A model generated the notes under the pieces. It saw nothing but the letters and a program-made list of their open reading frames with translations, was not told where the DNA came from and did not search any database. The position numbers and the translations under genes are program-made. Positions 46,420 through 50,352 of a stretch of DNA of 50,352 nucleotides are shown one piece after another (position 1 is the stretch's first letter; each line of letters opens with the position of its first letter). The stretch is taken from positions 54,261,585-54,311,936 of the forward strand of contig NC_057718.1 in assembly GCF_004010195.1 (NCBI RefSeq), given 5' to 3'. The stretch is from Chiloscyllium plagiosum. Taxonomy: Eukaryota.

Positions 46420-49400
46420 TACCACTAGTGGTAAGGGTCACCACTCAGGGTTACCACTAGTGTCCCCGCTGACTGCATCTGACGGAAGTGCATCCAACTC
46501 CAATTCCTCAAAAACTACATTAGGGAACTGGAGCTGGATGAACTTCAGATCATTCAGGAAGGGAGGGGGTTATTGAGAGGATTTACAGGGTGGTAGTCAC
46601 ACCTCAGGTACAAGAAGAAAGTAGATGGGTTACCATCAGGGACGGGAAGGGAACTGGCAGGCAGTGCAGGGATACCCTGTGGCCATTCCCCTCAACAACT
46701 ACTATATCGTTTTGGGGGGATGACTTACCATGGGTAAGCAATGGAGCACAGGTCTCTGGCACAGAGTCTGTCCCTGCTGCTCAGAAGGGAAGGGGGAAGA
46801 GAAGCAGAGCATTAGTCATTGGGAACTCCATAGTTAGGGGGACAGAAAGGAAGCTGTATGGGAACGAGAGAGACTCACGGTTGGTGTGTTGCCTCCCAGG
46901 TGTCAGAGTTTGTGATGTCTCTGATCGTGTTTTCGGGATCCTTGAGGGGGAGAGCGAACAGCCCCAATTCATGGTCCATATTGGCACCAACGACATGGGT
47001 AGGAAGAGAGTTGGAGATTTAAGGCAGAAATTCAGGGAGCTAGGGTGGACGCTTAGAGCTAAGACAAACAGAGTTGTTATATCTGGTTTGTTGCCCGTGC
47101 CTTGTGCTAGTAAGGTGAGGAATAGGGAAGGAGAGGAGTTGAACACGTGGCTACAGGGATAGTGCAGGAGGGAACGCTTTAAATTCCTGGATAACTGGGG
47201 CTCCTTCTGGAGTAGGTGGAACTTCTAAACACAGGATGGTCTACACCTGAACCAGAGGGGTACCAATATCTTGGGGGGGAGATTTGCGAATGCTCTCTGG
47301 GTGGGTTTAAACTAATTCAGCAGGGGGGATGGGAACCCAAATTGTAGATTGAGTATACAGGAGGTTGAGAGTAGTGACATCCGAAATAGGGTTTCAAGGC
47401 CGTATGAGGGCACCGGCAAGCAATAAGTTAGCTTGAAGTGTATCTACTTCAACGCCAGGAGCATCTGAAATGAGGTGGGTGAGCTTTAACATAGGTTGGT
47501 TCCTGGGATTTAGATGTTGTGGCCATTTCAGAGACAAGGGTAGAGCAGGGGTAAGAATGGTTGTTGCACGTTTCGAGATTTAGATGTTTCGGTAAGAACA
47601 GAGAAGAGGGGAAGGTGTGGCATTGTTAGTCAGGACAGTATTATGGTTGCAGAAAGGATGCTTGAGGACTCATCAACTGAGGTAGTATGGGCTGAGGTCA
47701 GAAACCGGGAAGGAGAGGTCACCCTATTGGGAGTTTTCTATAGGCCTCCGAATAGTTCCAGAGACACAGAGGAAAGGATAGCAAAGATAATTCTGGATTG
47801 GAGCAATAGCAACAGAGTGGTTGTTTTGAGGTCTTTAACTTTCCAAATATTGACTGGGAATACTATAGTTCAAGTAATTTAGATGGGTCATTTTTTTGTC
47901 CAATGTATGCAGGAGGGTTTCCTGACACAGTATGTAGACAGACCAATAAGGGGCGAGGCCTATTTAGATCTGGTTCTGGGTAATGAACCTGGCCAGGTGT
48001 TAGATTTGGAGGCAGGTGAGCACTTTGGCGAAAGCGACCACAATTCAGTAATGTTTACCTTAGTGATGGAAAGGGATAGATATTACCACAGGTTTTGAGT
48101 AATAGCTGGGTGAAAGGTAATTATAATGCGATTAGGTAAGATTTAGGAAGCATAGGATGGGGAAGGAAAATGCAGGGCATGGGCACAATTCAAGGAGCTT
48201 ATTCAAGGAAGAGCTACTGCGGGTCTTTGACAAGTATGTACCTGTCAGTCAGGGAGGAAGTTGTCGAGCGCGGGAGCTGTGGTTTACTAAGGAAGATGAA
48301 TCTCTTGTCAAGGGGAAGAAGGCTTATGTCAAGATGAGATGTGAAGACACAGTTAGAGCCTGAGAGTTACAGGTTAGCCAGGAAGGACCTAAAGAAAGAG
48401 TGAAGAAGAGCCAGGAAGGGACATGAGAAGTTGATGATGGATAGGATCAAGGAAAACCGTAAGGTTTTCGATAGGTATATCAGGAATAAAAGAATGACGA
48501 GAGTAAGATGAGGGCCAATCAAAGATAATAGTGGGAAGTTGTGCATGGAGTCAGAGGAGACAAGGGAAGAATTAAATGAATATTTTTGTTAGTATTCACA
48601 CTAGAAGGAGACAATGTTGGCAAGGTGAATACTGAGATACAAACTTCTGGACTAGATGGGATTGAGATTCACAAGGAGGGGGTGTTAACAATTCTGGAAA
48701 GTGTAAAAATAGATAAGTCCCCTGGGCCAGATGAGATTTATCTTAGAATTCTCTGGGAAGCCAGGGAAGAGATTGCCAAGCCTTTGGCTTTGATCTTTAT
48801 GTCATCATTGTCGACAGGAATAGTGCCAGAAGACTAGGATAGCAAATGTTGTTCCCTTGTTCAAGAAGGGGAGTAAAGACAACCCTGGTAATTATAGGCC
48901 AGTGAGCCTTACTTCGGTTGTGGGTAAAGTGTTAGAAAAGGTTATAAGAGATGGGATTTATAATCATCTGGAAAGGAATACGTTGATTAGGGATGGTCAA
49001 CATGGTTTTGTGACTCACGAACCTTCTTGAGTTCTTCAAGAAGGTGACAAAAACAGGTTGATGTGGTGTATATGGATTTCAGTAAGGCATTTGATAAGGT
49101 TCCCCATGGTAGGCTATTGCACACAAAATGGAGGCATGGGATTGAGGGTGATTTAGCAGCTTGGATCAGAAATTGGCTAGCTGAAAGAAGACAGAAGGTG
49201 GTGGTTGATGGGAAATGTTCATCTTGGAGTTCAGTTATTAGTGGTGTACCGCAAGGATCTGTTTTGGGTCCACTGCTGTGTGTCATTTTTATAAACAACC
49301 TGGATGAGGGCAGAGAAGGATGGGATAGTAAATTTGCAGATAACACTAAGATTGGTAGAATTGTGGATAGTGCAGAAGGATATTGCAGGTTATATAAGCT

Positions 49401-49990
49401 GAAGAGCTGGGCTGAGAGGTGGAAAATGGAGTTTAATGAAGAAAAGTGTGAGGTGATTCACTTTGGAAGGAGCAATAGGAATGCAGAGTACTGGGCGAAT
49501 GGTAAGATTCATGGTAGTGTAGGTGAGCAGAGAGATCTCAGTGTCCATGTACATAGATCCCTCAAACTTGCTACCCAGGTTTAATAGTGTGGTTAAGAAG
49601 GCTTATGGTGTGTTAGCTTTTATTAGTAGAGGGATTAAGTTTCAGAACCATGAGGTTATGCTGCAGCTGTACAAAACTCTGGGGTGGCCGCACTTGGAGT
49701 ATTGCGTACAGTTCTGGTCACCGTATTATAGGAAGGGTATGAAAGCTTTGGAAAGGGTTCAGAGGAGATTTACTAGGATGTTGCCTGGTATGGAGGGAAG
49801 GTCTTATTAGGAAAGGCTGAGGGACTTGAGGCTGTTTTCGTTGGAGAGAAGAAGGTTGAGAGGTGACTTAATTGAGACACATAAGATAATCAGAGGATTA
49901 GATAGAGTGGAAAGTGAAAGCCTTTTTCCTCAGATCACGATGGCTAGCACGAGGGGGCATAGCTTTAAATTGAGGGGTGATAGATATAGG
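46420..49990 (+). mobile_element. Near full-length CR1 LINE (second family): ORF1 SGNH esterase, EN, RT; pseudogenised
   Basis: LVIGNSIVRG, VHIGTND, FYRPPNS, GESDHNSV, YRPVSLTSVVGK, DFSKAFDKVPH, GVPQGSVLGP, SKFADNTK, LEYCVQFWSP, TRGHSFKL. Confidence 0.93.
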
Positions 49991-50352
49991 TGGATGGCAG
50001 TTACAGGAAGGAAGGAAGGAAAGTCTCAGATACAGTCACATAGATGGGTTAACTCCAGGAAACGTAAGAGAGGTAGGCAGCGATTGCAGGAGTCTTTTGT
50101 GGATATACCCATTTCAAACAGGTATGCTGTTTTGGAAAACATAGGGGGTGATGGATTCACAGGGGAACGTAGCATGAACAGCCAAATTTCTGGTATGGAG
50201 ACTGGCTCCAATGCAACGAGGGGTACATCGGGTTTCAAGAGATCAATTGTGTTGGGAATTCTCTAGTCCGAGGTACAGACAGATATTTCTGTGGCCAGCA
50301 GCGAAAAAGCAGAATGGTGTGTTGCTTCCCTGGTGCCAGGATCAAGGATGTC
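49991..50352 (+). mobile_element. 5'-truncated CR1 ORF1 segment of the same family as 13392-16690, running off the window
   Basis: DIPISNRYAVLENIGGDGFTGE...SQISGMETGSN is nearly the reverse complement of 16110-16435. Confidence 0.9.

Noticed and set aside
46590..47162. SGNH esterase-like ORF as a possible host or horizontally acquired gene
   Set aside because: This is the known esterase-type ORF1 of CR1 elements, directly followed by EN and RT.
1..50352. CRISPR arrays, operons, rRNA or other prokaryotic systems
   Set aside because: No regularly spaced repeat-spacer array and no gene-dense region; the content is vertebrate repeat-rich DNA.

Overview
Eukaryotic genomic DNA, almost certainly from a cartilaginous fish (shark-type tRNA SINEs, CR1 LINEs with an SGNH-esterase ORF1, many Penelope-like elements). 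Roughly two-thirds is recognisable transposon sequence: CR1 LINEs, one L1-clade LINE, a second APE-type LINE family, at least three Penelope-like (PLE) families, decayed PIF/Harbinger transposons, pogo/Tigger-type MITEs, a solo LTR and several SINEs. No intact transposon ORF is present, and there are two assembly gaps. Two signals stand out. (1) About ten minimal hammerhead-ribozyme motifs (CUGAnGA...GAAA..UH) sit in PLE termini; they include tiny hammerhead-centred insertions with target-site duplications and a tandem pair 325 nt apart. (2) A set of minus-strand exon candidates (42251 down to 1629), phase-compatible apart from one missing link, may be the 3' part of a protein-coding gene that I cannot identify. 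Repeat family calls come from recognising motifs by eye. Most repeat boundaries are approximate (tens of bp); those defined by TSDs or splice sites are exact.
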